Of a stretch of 13,480 nucleotides of DNA, positions 1-10,404 are shown one piece after another. The stretch lies in NCBI GenBank assembly GCA_030526225.1, contig JAUNDF010000051.1:2066-15545 (forward strand), written 5' to 3'. The DNA comes from Clostridia bacterium (GTDB lineage: Bacteria; Bacillota; Clostridia; Christensenellales; Aristaeellaceae). Numbering within the stretch: position 1 is the first letter of the stretch; each line of letters opens with the position of its first letter. The position numbers and the translations under genes are program-made. The notes beneath the pieces were generated by a model. The model was given only the letters and a program-made list of their open reading frames with translations. It was not told where the DNA came from and searched no databases.

Positions 1-46
1 GGAGGATGAGCTGCGCGGCCACGGCGCCGATGCAATCGCCCACACG

Positions 47-1812
<1,766 letters not shown>

Positions 1813-1824
1813 GGATGAATATCA

Positions 1825-1857
1825 GGACTGTGAATGGAATTGTTCACGGTCCTTTTT
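1825..1857 (+). terminator. Rho-independent terminator after mnmA
   Basis: A 10-bp stem pairs GGACTGTGAA (1825-1834) with TTCACGGTCC (1843-1852), with one G-U pair. The loop is 8 nt and the stem is followed by TTTTT (1853-1857). It sits 13 nt after the mnmA TAA. Confidence 0.6.
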
Positions 1858-1893
1858 GCATGCTGTTTTCTCCCCCCTCCCACCTTTCTTTTG

Positions 1894-1922
1894 TTGAAAA
1901 CCCTTCCTGTATATGCTATACT
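1894..1922 (+). promoter_or_regulatory. Sigma-A/sigma-70 type promoter for the glycosylation island
   Basis: The -35 is TTGAAA (1894-1899) and the -10 is TATACT (1917-1922), separated by a 17-nt spacer. TGc immediately precedes the -10, making it extended-10-like. It lies in the only AT-rich intergenic gap, about 40 nt upstream of the ATG at 1964. Confidence 0.55.
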
Positions 1923-1963
1923 AATGTGTTGTAATATGCATTTTTACAGGAAGGGATGAGGCC

Positions 1964-3931
1964 ATGAAACCCCGGCGGAAAGCCCGATTGATGACAAAAA
2001 TTGCCATTTATGGCATCACGGCGGTCCTGGCGCTGGTGCTGGCGTTTCTGGTGCCCAACCTGATGCACTCAGCACAGCTGCCCCTGTTCTGCGAGGGCGC
2101 ATCGCAGGCGGAGGTTGACCTGACGCGCGACTTTGCCGACAGCCACGATGCAGACTGCGTGCCGGCCCCGGAGGGGATGCAGGTGACGGCCACAGGGCCT
2201 GATGCCTTCCACATCTGGGATGCCCATGGCAGGGCGGTGCGCGGATTGCGCGTGACCTTTGCTCAGCCTTTTGCCGGTGATGTCACCGTGCAGGCCTACT
2301 ACCGCAATGCCGTTGCCCGGTACTCCGAGGAGCTGACCAGCGCGGTAAAGCTGAAGGCCGGAGAAACCGGCGCGGTGATTCCCTTCGTGATGGTTCACCC
2401 CAGCCTCATCCGCATCAATGTGCGGGTGGATGAAGGAACGCAGTATGTCATCCGCGCCATCACCCTGGATACGGAGCTGCTGTCCTTCTTCGGATGCATG
2501 GGCACCGTTTCCTTCTGGCTGATGCTGCTGCTGGGTGCGGCGGTGATGGTGCTGGAGACCCTTGCCATCCGCCGCTACAACAGCGCATCCGCCGAGAAGC
2601 AGCACCGCATCCGCGTGGGCGTGATGTATGCGCTGGTGATGGTGATGCTGCTGGCCGTGATGAGCTACTACGCCGTCAATCTGGGCGGCGTGCCGGATGA
2701 GGACTGCCACTGGTCCTATGTGCTGTACTGCAATGAGCATCCCGGCGAAATCATCCCCGACTTTACGCAGATGTACCAGTACGAGACAGCTGACGGACTG
2801 CACTACACCGTCACCGATGAATACAACTATGTGGGCCATCCGCCGCTGTACTACCGGCTGATGAGCCTCTTCTCAGGGGCCTCTGTCTCCTCTGATGACA
2901 TTGCCGCCAGCCTGCTGCGGATGCGCATGGTGAACATCCTGCTGACGCTTGTCACCGTGTGGCTGTGCTTCTACCCCATCGGCATGAAGCGGCTGCTTGC
3001 CCGCACCGGACGGATGCTGCCCCATGTGCTGTACGCCCTTGGCATTGCCTGCATCCCCATGGTGGCCTATGTGGGCAGCGGCGTGAACAACGACAATCTG
3101 GTGTTCCTTGGCTGTACGCTGTTCCTGTGGGGCCTTGTGCGCTACTACGAGGGCAGCACATCCCCTGCCACCTATGTGCTGGTGGGCGGCGGCTTCTTCA
3201 CCGCGGCGCTGAGCAAGCTGACCGCCGGCGAAATGCTGGGCATCGCGCTGGTGATGGTGGTGTTGCTGGACCTTGTGCAGAAGAAGGGACTGCGGGTATT
3301 CAAAACGCGGTCCTTCTGGTACACGCTGCCGCTGTATCTGCTGCCGCTGTGCTACTACGGCATCATCCTGATGAAGTATCACCACCTGCAGCCCAGTCCT
3401 TCCGACTTTGACCCCAATTATCTGGCCTCCTCCCGGTTCTTTGTGGAAGAAAGCCAGCGGGTGCACCTGACACTGCCCCAGTACATGGGTCACTTCTTCT
3501 CGAACTTTGCCCACACCTGGTCCACACTGTACGGCCATGAGGGCTGGGTGATGAAGGAAGGCCTGCGGGCGGTGTTCTCCATCGGCGCATGGTCGGTGCC
3601 GGTTCTTGCCCTGTGCCAGACCATCCGCAGCTGGCGCAGGGGGGACAAATTCGCCCCCATGTTCACCGCGCTGTTTGCGGCCCTTGCCACCACGGTGGGC
3701 ACGCAGTTCATCAACTGCTATGCCAATTACCTGAAGCGCGGCTATCTGGCCGGATATCAGTCCCGCTACTACATCTGCATGATTGCCTTCCTGTCCCTTG
3801 CCTTCGCCATGTTCTTTGCGGGCAAAATGCAGGAGGAAGCATCCCCCAAATGGAAAACGGCGCTGGGCATCGCCCTGTCGGTGCTGCTTTTTGCCGGTGA
3901 CTTTGTTTACTATTTCTTCAACAAGCTGTAA
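1964..3931 (+). CDS. Putative GT-C fold (ArnT/PMT-like) polytopic membrane glycosyltransferase with an extra N-terminal TM anchor and a soluble domain of about 140 aa
   Basis: This is a 655-aa ORF. It has a positively charged N-terminus and TM1, then a non-hydrophobic segment (roughly aa 35-175), then many TM helices. An acidic PDED motif follows an outward-facing helix, and TDEYNYVGHPPLYYRLM follows, resembling the HPPLYY loop motif of GT39/GT83-type enzymes. A GGAAGGG SD precedes the start and the stop is TAA. Confidence 0.6.
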   Translation: MKPRRKARLMTKIAIYGITAVLALVLAFLVPNLMHSAQLPLFCEGASQAEVDLTRDFADSHDADCVPAPEGMQVTATGPDAFHIWDAHGRAVRGLRVTFAQPFAGDVTVQAYYRNAVARYSEELTSAVKLKAGETGAVIPFVMVHPSLIRINVRVDEGTQYVIRAITLDTELLSFFGCMGTVSFWLMLLLGAAVMVLETLAIRRYNSASAEKQHRIRVGVMYALVMVMLLAVMSYYAVNLGGVPDEDCHWSYVLYCNEHPGEIIPDFTQMYQYETADGLHYTVTDEYNYVGHPPLYYRLMSLFSGASVSSDDIAASLLRMRMVNILLTLVTVWLCFYPIGMKRLLARTGRMLPHVLYALGIACIPMVAYVGSGVNNDNLVFLGCTLFLWGLVRYYEGSTSPATYVLVGGGFFTAALSKLTAGEMLGIALVMVVLLDLVQKKGLRVFKTRSFWYTLPLYLLPLCYYGIILMKYHHLQPSPSDFDPNYLASSRFFVEESQRVHLTLPQYMGHFFSNFAHTWSTLYGHEGWVMKEGLRAVFSIGAWSVPVLALCQTIRSWRRGDKFAPMFTALFAALATTVGTQFINCYANYLKRGYLAGYQSRYYICMIAFLSLAFAMFFAGKMQEEASPKWKTALGIALSVLLFAGDFVYYFFNKL

Positions 3932-3949
3932 TGCGAAAGAGGTAATGAC

Positions 3950-4918
3950 ATGAAGCTGATTATTCAGATTCCCTGCTACAACGAAGCAGAAACCCTCACC
4001 GTGGCCCTTGATGCCCTGCCCAAGCACATTGACGGCATCGATACCATCGAGTACCTGATCATCGACGACGGCAGCAAGGACAACACCGTGGAGGTGGCCC
4101 GAAATTGGGGCGTGAACTATATCGTCAGTTTCCGCCGCAACAAGGGTCTGGCCAAGGGCTTCATGGCCGGCCTTGATGCATGCCTGCGCAACGGCGCGGA
4201 CATCATCGTCAACACCGATGCGGATAACCAGTACTGCGGCGATGACATTGAAAAGCTGGTGCGCCCCATTCTGGAGGGCAAGAGCGACATCGTCATCGGC
4301 GAGCGCCCCATCGACCAGACCGAGCATTTCTCTCCCCTGAAGAAAAAGCTGCAGCATCTGGGCAGCTGGGTGGTACAGAAGGCCTCCAAGAGCGACATCC
4401 CCGATGCGCCCAGCGGCTTCCGCGCCTTCAGCCGCGAGGCTGCCATGCGCCTGAACGTGACCAACGAGTACACCTACACCCTGGAAACCATCGTGCAGGC
4501 AGGCCGCACCCGCATCGCCCAGACCAGCGTACCCATCCGCACCAACGCCGAGCTGCGCCCCTCCCGGCTGTTTAACAGCATGATGGGCTATGTGAAAAAG
4601 TCCATGGTCACCATCCTGCGGGCCTATGTGATGTACAAGCCCATGGCGGCTTTCTTCTGCGTGGGCGCGATTCCCTTCGTCATCGGCCTGATTCTGGGCA
4701 TCCGTTTCCTGATTTTCATGGGCATGGGCCAATCCGCCGGCCATGTGCAGTCCCTGATTCTCGCCTCCACATTGCTGATGATGGGCTTTATGACGTGGAT
4801 TATCGGCCTGCAGGCTGATGTCATCGCCAAGAACCGGCAGATTCTGGAGGACATCCAGTACCGTGTCCGCAAGATGGATTACGATGCTGAGCAGAAGAAG
4901 AAGGAGGAGCAGGCATGA
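3950..4918 (+). CDS. GT2 family polyprenyl-phosphate glycosyltransferase (GtrB/ArnC/DPM1-like)
   Basis: The N-terminus is the GT-A type IQIPCYNEAETL. IIDDGSKDNT and the DxD motif NTDADNQY are present. Two C-terminal TM helices (AAFFCVGAIPFVIGLILGI and LILASTLLMMGFMTWIIGL) are typical of GtrB-like enzymes. An AAGAGG SD lies 7 nt upstream and the stop is TGA. Confidence 0.85.
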   Translation: MKLIIQIPCYNEAETLTVALDALPKHIDGIDTIEYLIIDDGSKDNTVEVARNWGVNYIVSFRRNKGLAKGFMAGLDACLRNGADIIVNTDADNQYCGDDIEKLVRPILEGKSDIVIGERPIDQTEHFSPLKKKLQHLGSWVVQKASKSDIPDAPSGFRAFSREAAMRLNVTNEYTYTLETIVQAGRTRIAQTSVPIRTNAELRPSRLFNSMMGYVKKSMVTILRAYVMYKPMAAFFCVGAIPFVIGLILGIRFLIFMGMGQSAGHVQSLILASTLLMMGFMTWIIGLQADVIAKNRQILEDIQYRVRKMDYDAEQKKKEEQA

Positions 4919-6081
4919 AGCGCCGCCTGCTGATGACCGCCTCCACCTTCCCCCGGTGGGAAGGGGACGGCGAGCCCCGGTTCATTCTGGATCTGGCCAA
5001 AGCACTGCAGCCGTACTACGATGTTACGGTGCTGGCGCCCTCTGCCCCCGGTGCCGCCAAAAAGGAAACCCTTGAGGGCGTGCATGTGGTGCGCTACCGG
5101 TACTTCCCTGTCAAAAAATGGGAGACCCTCTGCTACCCCGGGGCCATCGCCTTCCGCATCAAGGAAAAGAAGGCGCGGGCACTGCTGGTGCCCTTCCTGT
5201 TTGCGGGGCTGTGGCTGAAGCTACTGCGGATGCAGAAGGATTACGACATCATCCACGGCCACTGGCTGATTCCCCAGGGCATCATCCACGGGCTGTTCCG
5301 CAAGCCCATGCTCATCACCTGCCACGGCAGCGATGTGCGGGCGATGAACAAGTTCCCCATCCTGAACCTGAAAAAGCGCTGCCTGAAGCGGGCCGCCGCC
5401 GTCACCGCCGTGTCGGATTATCTGGCCGGTCAGGTGAAGGAGCTGTGCGGCCGGGAGGACATCCGTGTGCTGCCCATGGGCTGTCATACAGGTGATTTTA
5501 CCCCCGACAAGCGGCAGGAGCAGCTGTTCCGGCAGGGCGACAAGCAGGTGGTGCTTTTCGCCGGACGGCTGAGCGAAAACAAGGGCGTGCGCTATCTGGT
5601 GGACGCCATGAAGAGCATCCCGAATGCGAAGCTGGTCATCGCCGGTGACGGCCCCGAGCGTGCCGCGCTGGAAGCACAGGCCGCCGCAAACGGCATTGAT
5701 GCACAGTTCCTTGGCAACAAGACCCACGAGGAGCTGGCCGTGATTTACGCCTCGGCGGATGTGCTGTGCGCGCCCTCGGTCATCATGCCCAACGGCGCCC
5801 AGGAGGGCTTCGGACTGGTGCTGGTGGAAGCCATGGCCTCGGGCCTGCCCGTGGTAGGCACGGCCACCGGCGGCATCCCCACCATTGTGAAGGACGGCCG
5901 CAACGGGCTGCTCGTCCCCGACAAGGACAGCGCGGCGCTGGCAGGCGCACTGCAGCGCATCCTGTCCCTTTCCCCCGACGAGCGCCGCGCCTATGCCGCC
6001 TGCGCCCGCGAAACCGCACTGCAGTTCGACTACGAGGTCATCGGCCGGGAATATGCACGGGTGCTGGACGGGGTAAAGTAA
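4915..6081 (+). CDS. GT4 family (GT-B fold) glycosyltransferase
   Basis: The C-terminal half has the retaining GT-B signature FAGRLSENKG...EGFGLVLVEAMASGLPVVGTATGGIP (EX7E). The ATGA overlap with the upstream gene and a GGAGG SD 7 nt upstream suggest translational coupling. Confidence 0.85.
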   Translation: MKRRLLMTASTFPRWEGDGEPRFILDLAKALQPYYDVTVLAPSAPGAAKKETLEGVHVVRYRYFPVKKWETLCYPGAIAFRIKEKKARALLVPFLFAGLWLKLLRMQKDYDIIHGHWLIPQGIIHGLFRKPMLITCHGSDVRAMNKFPILNLKKRCLKRAAAVTAVSDYLAGQVKELCGREDIRVLPMGCHTGDFTPDKRQEQLFRQGDKQVVLFAGRLSENKGVRYLVDAMKSIPNAKLVIAGDGPERAALEAQAAANGIDAQFLGNKTHEELAVIYASADVLCAPSVIMPNGAQEGFGLVLVEAMASGLPVVGTATGGIPTIVKDGRNGLLVPDKDSAALAGALQRILSLSPDERRAYAACARETALQFDYEVIGREYARVLDGVK

Positions 6082-6103
6082 AGATTGATAAAGGAAACAA
6101 GCT

Positions 6104-7552
6104 ATGGCCACAGGCATTCTGTTTAACGTTGTCTGCAACCTGATATTCGTGGTGGTAGGCTACGCGATTCATTATTTCTTCGGGGCGGTGATGACCCCGG
6201 CCGAGTACGGCGTGATGGGCAGCATCCTCACCATTCTGGATTTTGAGTATCTGTTCCTTAACAACGGCGTGCGCCAGTCCCTGAGCAAGGAGATCAGCTC
6301 CGGCAAGTATGATACGAAGAACCTGATTCAAAAGGGCATCCTATTTCAGGCCGGCATGATGCTGGTGATGTGCGCCGTCAACGTACTGGGGGCCAACCTG
6401 CTGGGCAGGCTTCTGCAGGATGCGTCCATCCCCCGGTACATCCGCCTTGCCAGCCTGATGGTGCTGTCCAACGGCTCCTTTGTGGTGACCATCGGCATTG
6501 CGGAGGGTCTGCGCAAATTCGTCTCCGCCGCCACGGCCAACCTGATTTACAGCCTGTGCAAGCTGAGCGTAGTGCCCTATGTGCTGTGGATTTTCCGTGA
6601 CCCCATTGTGGGCGCGGAAATGGGCTATGTTACCGCGGGGCTGATTGGCATTGCGGCGGGCTGCGGGCTGCTGTACCGCAACCGGGCCGCCATGCAGAAC
6701 ACCGCCCGGGAGCGCATCCCCTTCGGGAAATATGTGCGCTCCACACTGAATTTCTCCGTATTCTTCATCATCGTTTCCGTGGTACTCAGCCTTGATACCC
6801 TGGTGGTCAAGGGCCGCACCCACGAAAGCGCGCTGGCCGGCTACTACACCGGCGCGGTGAACTTTGCCAAGGTGACCTACTTTATCCTGCAGGCGTTTTT
6901 CACCATCCTGCTGCCCACCCTGACCCGCGCCTACAGCGAGGGCCGCCATCAGGATGTGGTGGATACGGCCTCCCTGATGGAGCAGGCGGCGCTGGCGCTG
7001 GTGCTGCCCATCTGCGCCATGATTTCCGCCACGGGTCCTTCCCTGCTGCGCTGCTTTTACGGCAAGACCTACATCCGTGCGGCGGATGCTTTGGGTTTTC
7101 TGTCCTTCGCCCATTTCTCCATCGGCATGACGGTGATGTATGCCATGATGCTTTCCGCCATGAACGACCGCAAGTTCACGGTGTGGCTGTCCGTCATCAC
7201 CCTTGCGGCGGATGTGGCGCTGGTATTCCCGCTGACCAGCAATATGAGCATCACCGGCACGGCACTGGCCGGCTTTATCGTTACCCGCGGCGCACTGATG
7301 GCCATCACCATCTACGCCCGGATGAAGCTGAAGAAGCTGGGCACCCCCACCAAAAAGAACAAGGGGCTGTTCCTGCTCTTTTTCTCCAGCTGCTTCTGGC
7401 TGGGGCTGCGGGTGCTGCTCAACCGGGTGGTCATCAACAACCTGTTCCTGCTGGGCGGGCTGTATCTGGTGCTGTACGCCGCGCTGATTGCCCTGTACCA
7501 CTTCACGGGCCTGTTTAACCTGAAGGACTTCGTCCGCGGCCTGCGCAAATAA
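6104..7552 (+). CDS. MOP-superfamily polysaccharide/oligosaccharide flippase (Wzx/Polysacc_synt-like)
   Basis: The protein is 482 aa and hydrophobic almost throughout, with roughly 12-14 predicted helices. The N-terminus (ILFNVVCNLIFVVVGYAIHYFFGAVMTPAEYGVMGSI) matches the usual start of Wzx-type exporters. An AAGGAAA SD precedes the start. Confidence 0.7.
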   Translation: MATGILFNVVCNLIFVVVGYAIHYFFGAVMTPAEYGVMGSILTILDFEYLFLNNGVRQSLSKEISSGKYDTKNLIQKGILFQAGMMLVMCAVNVLGANLLGRLLQDASIPRYIRLASLMVLSNGSFVVTIGIAEGLRKFVSAATANLIYSLCKLSVVPYVLWIFRDPIVGAEMGYVTAGLIGIAAGCGLLYRNRAAMQNTARERIPFGKYVRSTLNFSVFFIIVSVVLSLDTLVVKGRTHESALAGYYTGAVNFAKVTYFILQAFFTILLPTLTRAYSEGRHQDVVDTASLMEQAALALVLPICAMISATGPSLLRCFYGKTYIRAADALGFLSFAHFSIGMTVMYAMMLSAMNDRKFTVWLSVITLAADVALVFPLTSNMSITGTALAGFIVTRGALMAITIYARMKLKKLGTPTKKNKGLFLLFFSSCFWLGLRVLLNRVVINNLFLLGGLYLVLYAALIALYHFTGLFNLKDFVRGLRK

Positions 7553-7557
7553 AGGAG

Positions 7558-9189
7558 ATGACCATGATGCTGCAGCGCATAAGGCGCTCGATGAAAGAAC
7601 ACCCTGCGGGGTGGATGATTGGGCTCATCACCCTGCTTGGATTTGTGCTGCGCGTGATTCACGCCTTCTGGGGCTTCCCCCTGCTGCTGCTCGGGGACGA
7701 GGTTGCCATTGTGGACAATGCCCTGGATCTGGTGGAGCGCGGCTCGTACCTGTCCTATGTATACAATCGCCCGGACCAGTTTGAAATCAAGTGCTGCGCG
7801 CTGATTTTCGCCATTGCCCGCTGGATTGCCTCCCTGTGCGGCACTACCCTTGCCCAGTGGCATTATCACCTGATGGCAAGGCTTTACACGGTATGCTTCG
7901 GCACTGCCCTGATTCCCATGACCGGCATCCTGGCCGGAAAGATGGTTCGCCGGGACAGCATTTCTCCCCGGGTGACCGCCTGCATGGCTTCCTTCCTGAT
8001 GGCCTTCTGCGTGCTGTTTGTATAGCACTCCGCCTATGCCACCCCCGATGTGCCGCTGGCCTTCTTCATGGCGGCCATCGGTCTGCTGTCCATGAAATAC
8101 ATGGAAACAGGCCGCATGAAGCACATCGTATGGGCCTGCGTAATGCTGGGCATTTCCGTAACCATCAAGTACCCGGCAGCCATTATGGCGGCCTACATCG
8201 CACTGGTGGTGATGGTGCGGTCTGTCCGCGACAAGGAGGCCCGGCGCATTCTCCCCCGTGCCGCACTGTGTGTGCTGGTGACAGCGGTGACGGTGTTTGT
8301 CATCGCCTCCAACCTTTTCTGGGATGTGCAGCAGGTCATCACCATCATCCGCCACGAGGCACGCCCCAGCCATCTGGGTGCCGACGGCCTGAGCCCCAAG
8401 GGCAATCTGCTGTTCTATCTGGAATCCATTGCCGCGGTATTGGGGTATTCCGGCGCGGTTCCGGCGATACTGGGCCTTGTGTATATCCTGCTGCACCGGA
8501 AGAAGGAGCATGCCCCGCTGCTGCTGCCCGCCCTGTTCTGGGTGTGCCTGAGCATGCTGAAGCTCCACTGGGTGCGCTGGGGCATCCCCATGTTCGTGGG
8601 GTATCTGCTGCTTGCTGCCATAGGCGGCGCATGGCTGGTACACATCACCCGGAAAATCAGCCGCAAGCCGGTGCGCATCATCAGCCTTGTGCTGGTCATC
8701 ATGCTGATTGTCCTGTGCGGGGCGAACATGGTGATTACCTGTGTTTCCCACTCGCTGTTCGCCTCTGCGCCCAGCAGCTATGATGTGGGCAACACGCTGC
8801 TGCGGGAGATGGGCATCACCCCGGAGAACAGCATCTTCGAGGCATACACGCCCTTCGCGCTGGACAATCCCGTCAACGGCGCCCAGTACGACCGCTTCAC
8901 CTTCGAGGGCGGCAGGGTCGTCCCCAAGGCGGAGGACAAAAACAAGCTGTACTTCATCACCAATCCCAGCTACTGGGATATGTATGCCAAACAGCAGGAG
9001 CTGTACCCGCTGGCAACCCCCACCTACAACACCATCCGGGAGCAGTATGAAATGGTGTACACCGCCGATGTTGCCCTGTTTGAAAACATGATGGCCGAAT
9101 GGCAGAACATCCCCCGCCAGCTGAAGGACATCGCAAGCTATCCCTTCCTCACCGGTGCACCCTTTGTGGTGTACGCCATTCCTCATTGA
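7558..9189 (+). CDS. GT-C fold (GT39/ArnT/PMT_2-like) membrane glycosyltransferase, one frame interrupted by a single in-frame TAG at 8023-8025
   Basis: Track ORFs 7558-8025 and 8050-9189 share a frame. The junction reads VLFV-TAG-HSAYATPDVPLAFFMAAIGLL with no frameshift. The first loop carries the acidic LLGDEVAIVDNALD motif and IKYPAAIMAAY follows, a layout typical of lipid-carrier-dependent GT-C enzymes. The C-terminal domain of about 150 aa is soluble. The AGGAG at 7553-7557 abuts ATG 7558, so the true start is more likely ATG 7564 or 7567. Confidence 0.7.
8023..8025 (+). other. In-frame amber (TAG) codon inside the GT-C glycosyltransferase gene
   Basis: The context is ctg ttt gta TAG cac tcc gcc. 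Hydrophobic GT-C-like sequence continues in frame on both sides. Confidence 0.85.
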
Positions 9190-9207
9190 TGCACGGAGAT
9201 TGACCAT

Positions 9208-10404
9208 ATGACGAAAGCCGAAAGAAAGCTGATTGATTTCATCCATGCCCATCTGCCGCTGTTGGCCGTCCTGTGCTTTACAGCGTTGGCACTGCTGGCC
9301 CGGCTGACAGGGCGGTTTGTGGTCACAGTGGATTACACCCGTTTCCTCTCCGGCTGGTATGAGGCAATTGCCGCCGCGCCCTTCGGCAAGCTGGTTGGCA
9401 ATTACACCACCCCCTACATGACGGCCATGTTTGTGATGACAAGGCTGTCCTTTCTCAGCCCCATGACAGCCATCAAGCTGTTCTCCATCCTGTTTGATTT
9501 CCTGCTGGCCCTTGTGTCCGGCAGTTTGGTCAAGCTCCTGACAGGCAGCAAAAACAAGGCGGCGGTCAGCTACTGCATCATCCTGATGATGCCCACGGTC
9601 ATCACCAACTCTGCCTACTGGGGCCAGTGTGATGCCATTCTGGCCTTCCTGATTGTCAGCTTTTTCCTGCTGTTCTTAAAGCGGAAATATCTGCCGGCGT
9701 TTGTGGTTTACGGGCTGGCCATGTCCTTCAAGCTGCAGGCCATCTTCTTCCTGCCCTATATCATCACCGCATATTTCCGCCGCAAGGATTTCAGCCTGCT
9801 GCACTTCCTCATTATCCCCGCCATGCTGGTGCTCACCGCCCTGCCCTATACCGTGGCCGCCGGTGTGTCTCCGCTGTACAACTTCAATATTTTCCTTGGT
9901 CTCAGCGGCGACCACACAAGCCTTTCCCTTTTCTCCCCCGGCTTTGCACAGCTGCTGCTGGCACAGACCAGCCTTTGGTTCGACCTTTGCATGCTGCTGG
10001 CCGTGGGTGTGCTGGGCTTCGGGCTGTGGCGCTCTTTGGTGATGGGCATGAAAAAGCCCGCCTCCGATTTTGATGAGCTGCAGCAGCTGACATGGTTCGG
10101 CTGGGCCGCTGTGCTGTTCATGCCCGCCATGCACGATCGCTACGGCTTTGTGTGCGGCATTCTGCTGGTTCTCTGTGCCATCTGCCAACCCACGCAAAGG
10201 CGCATCGCATTGGCCGCCATCACCGAGGCGGTATATATGCGAGTTTATGTAGAATACTTCTACATTTGCACACATCTTGACCAGTGGGCCATCTTTGAAA
10301 ACGAACAGGTCATTCTGTCCGTGGTTCTGCTGGTTGCGTTCCTTGTATTCTCCTGCACGGTGTTCAGCCATGCAAAAGAACCTCAGACAACTTTGGAGGA
10401 ATAA
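9208..10404 (+). CDS. Putative GT-C-like integral membrane glycosyltransferase (PIG-V/GT87/DUF2029-like mannosyltransferase class)
   Basis: This is a 398-aa polytopic protein. Asp is present in the first loop (VVTVDYTRFLSGWYEAI). WGQCDAILAFL...GLAMSFKLQAIFFLPY resembles motifs I recall from Gpi18-like or DUF2029 membrane mannosyltransferases. A GGAG SD precedes the start and the stop is TAA. Confidence 0.55.
   Translation: MTKAERKLIDFIHAHLPLLAVLCFTALALLARLTGRFVVTVDYTRFLSGWYEAIAAAPFGKLVGNYTTPYMTAMFVMTRLSFLSPMTAIKLFSILFDFLLALVSGSLVKLLTGSKNKAAVSYCIILMMPTVITNSAYWGQCDAILAFLIVSFFLLFLKRKYLPAFVVYGLAMSFKLQAIFFLPYIITAYFRRKDFSLLHFLIIPAMLVLTALPYTVAAGVSPLYNFNIFLGLSGDHTSLSLFSPGFAQLLLAQTSLWFDLCMLLAVGVLGFGLWRSLVMGMKKPASDFDELQQLTWFGWAAVLFMPAMHDRYGFVCGILLVLCAICQPTQRRIALAAITEAVYMRVYVEYFYICTHLDQWAIFENEQVILSVVLLVAFLVFSCTVFSHAKEPQTTLEE

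Noticed and set aside
1866-1892. A polypyrimidine tract (ttttctcccccctcccacctttctttt) lies between the terminator and the promoter.
   Set aside because: It is probably just the terminator T-tail and spacer sequence. It has no inverted or direct repeat partner and no recognisable regulatory motif.
7558-7569. ATG 7558 could be the start of the GT-C gene.
   Set aside because: The AGGAG SD (7553-7557) directly abuts this ATG with zero spacing. ATG 7564 or 7567, in the same frame, have normal spacing of 6-9 nt. I kept the track coordinate but flag it as probably a few codons too long.
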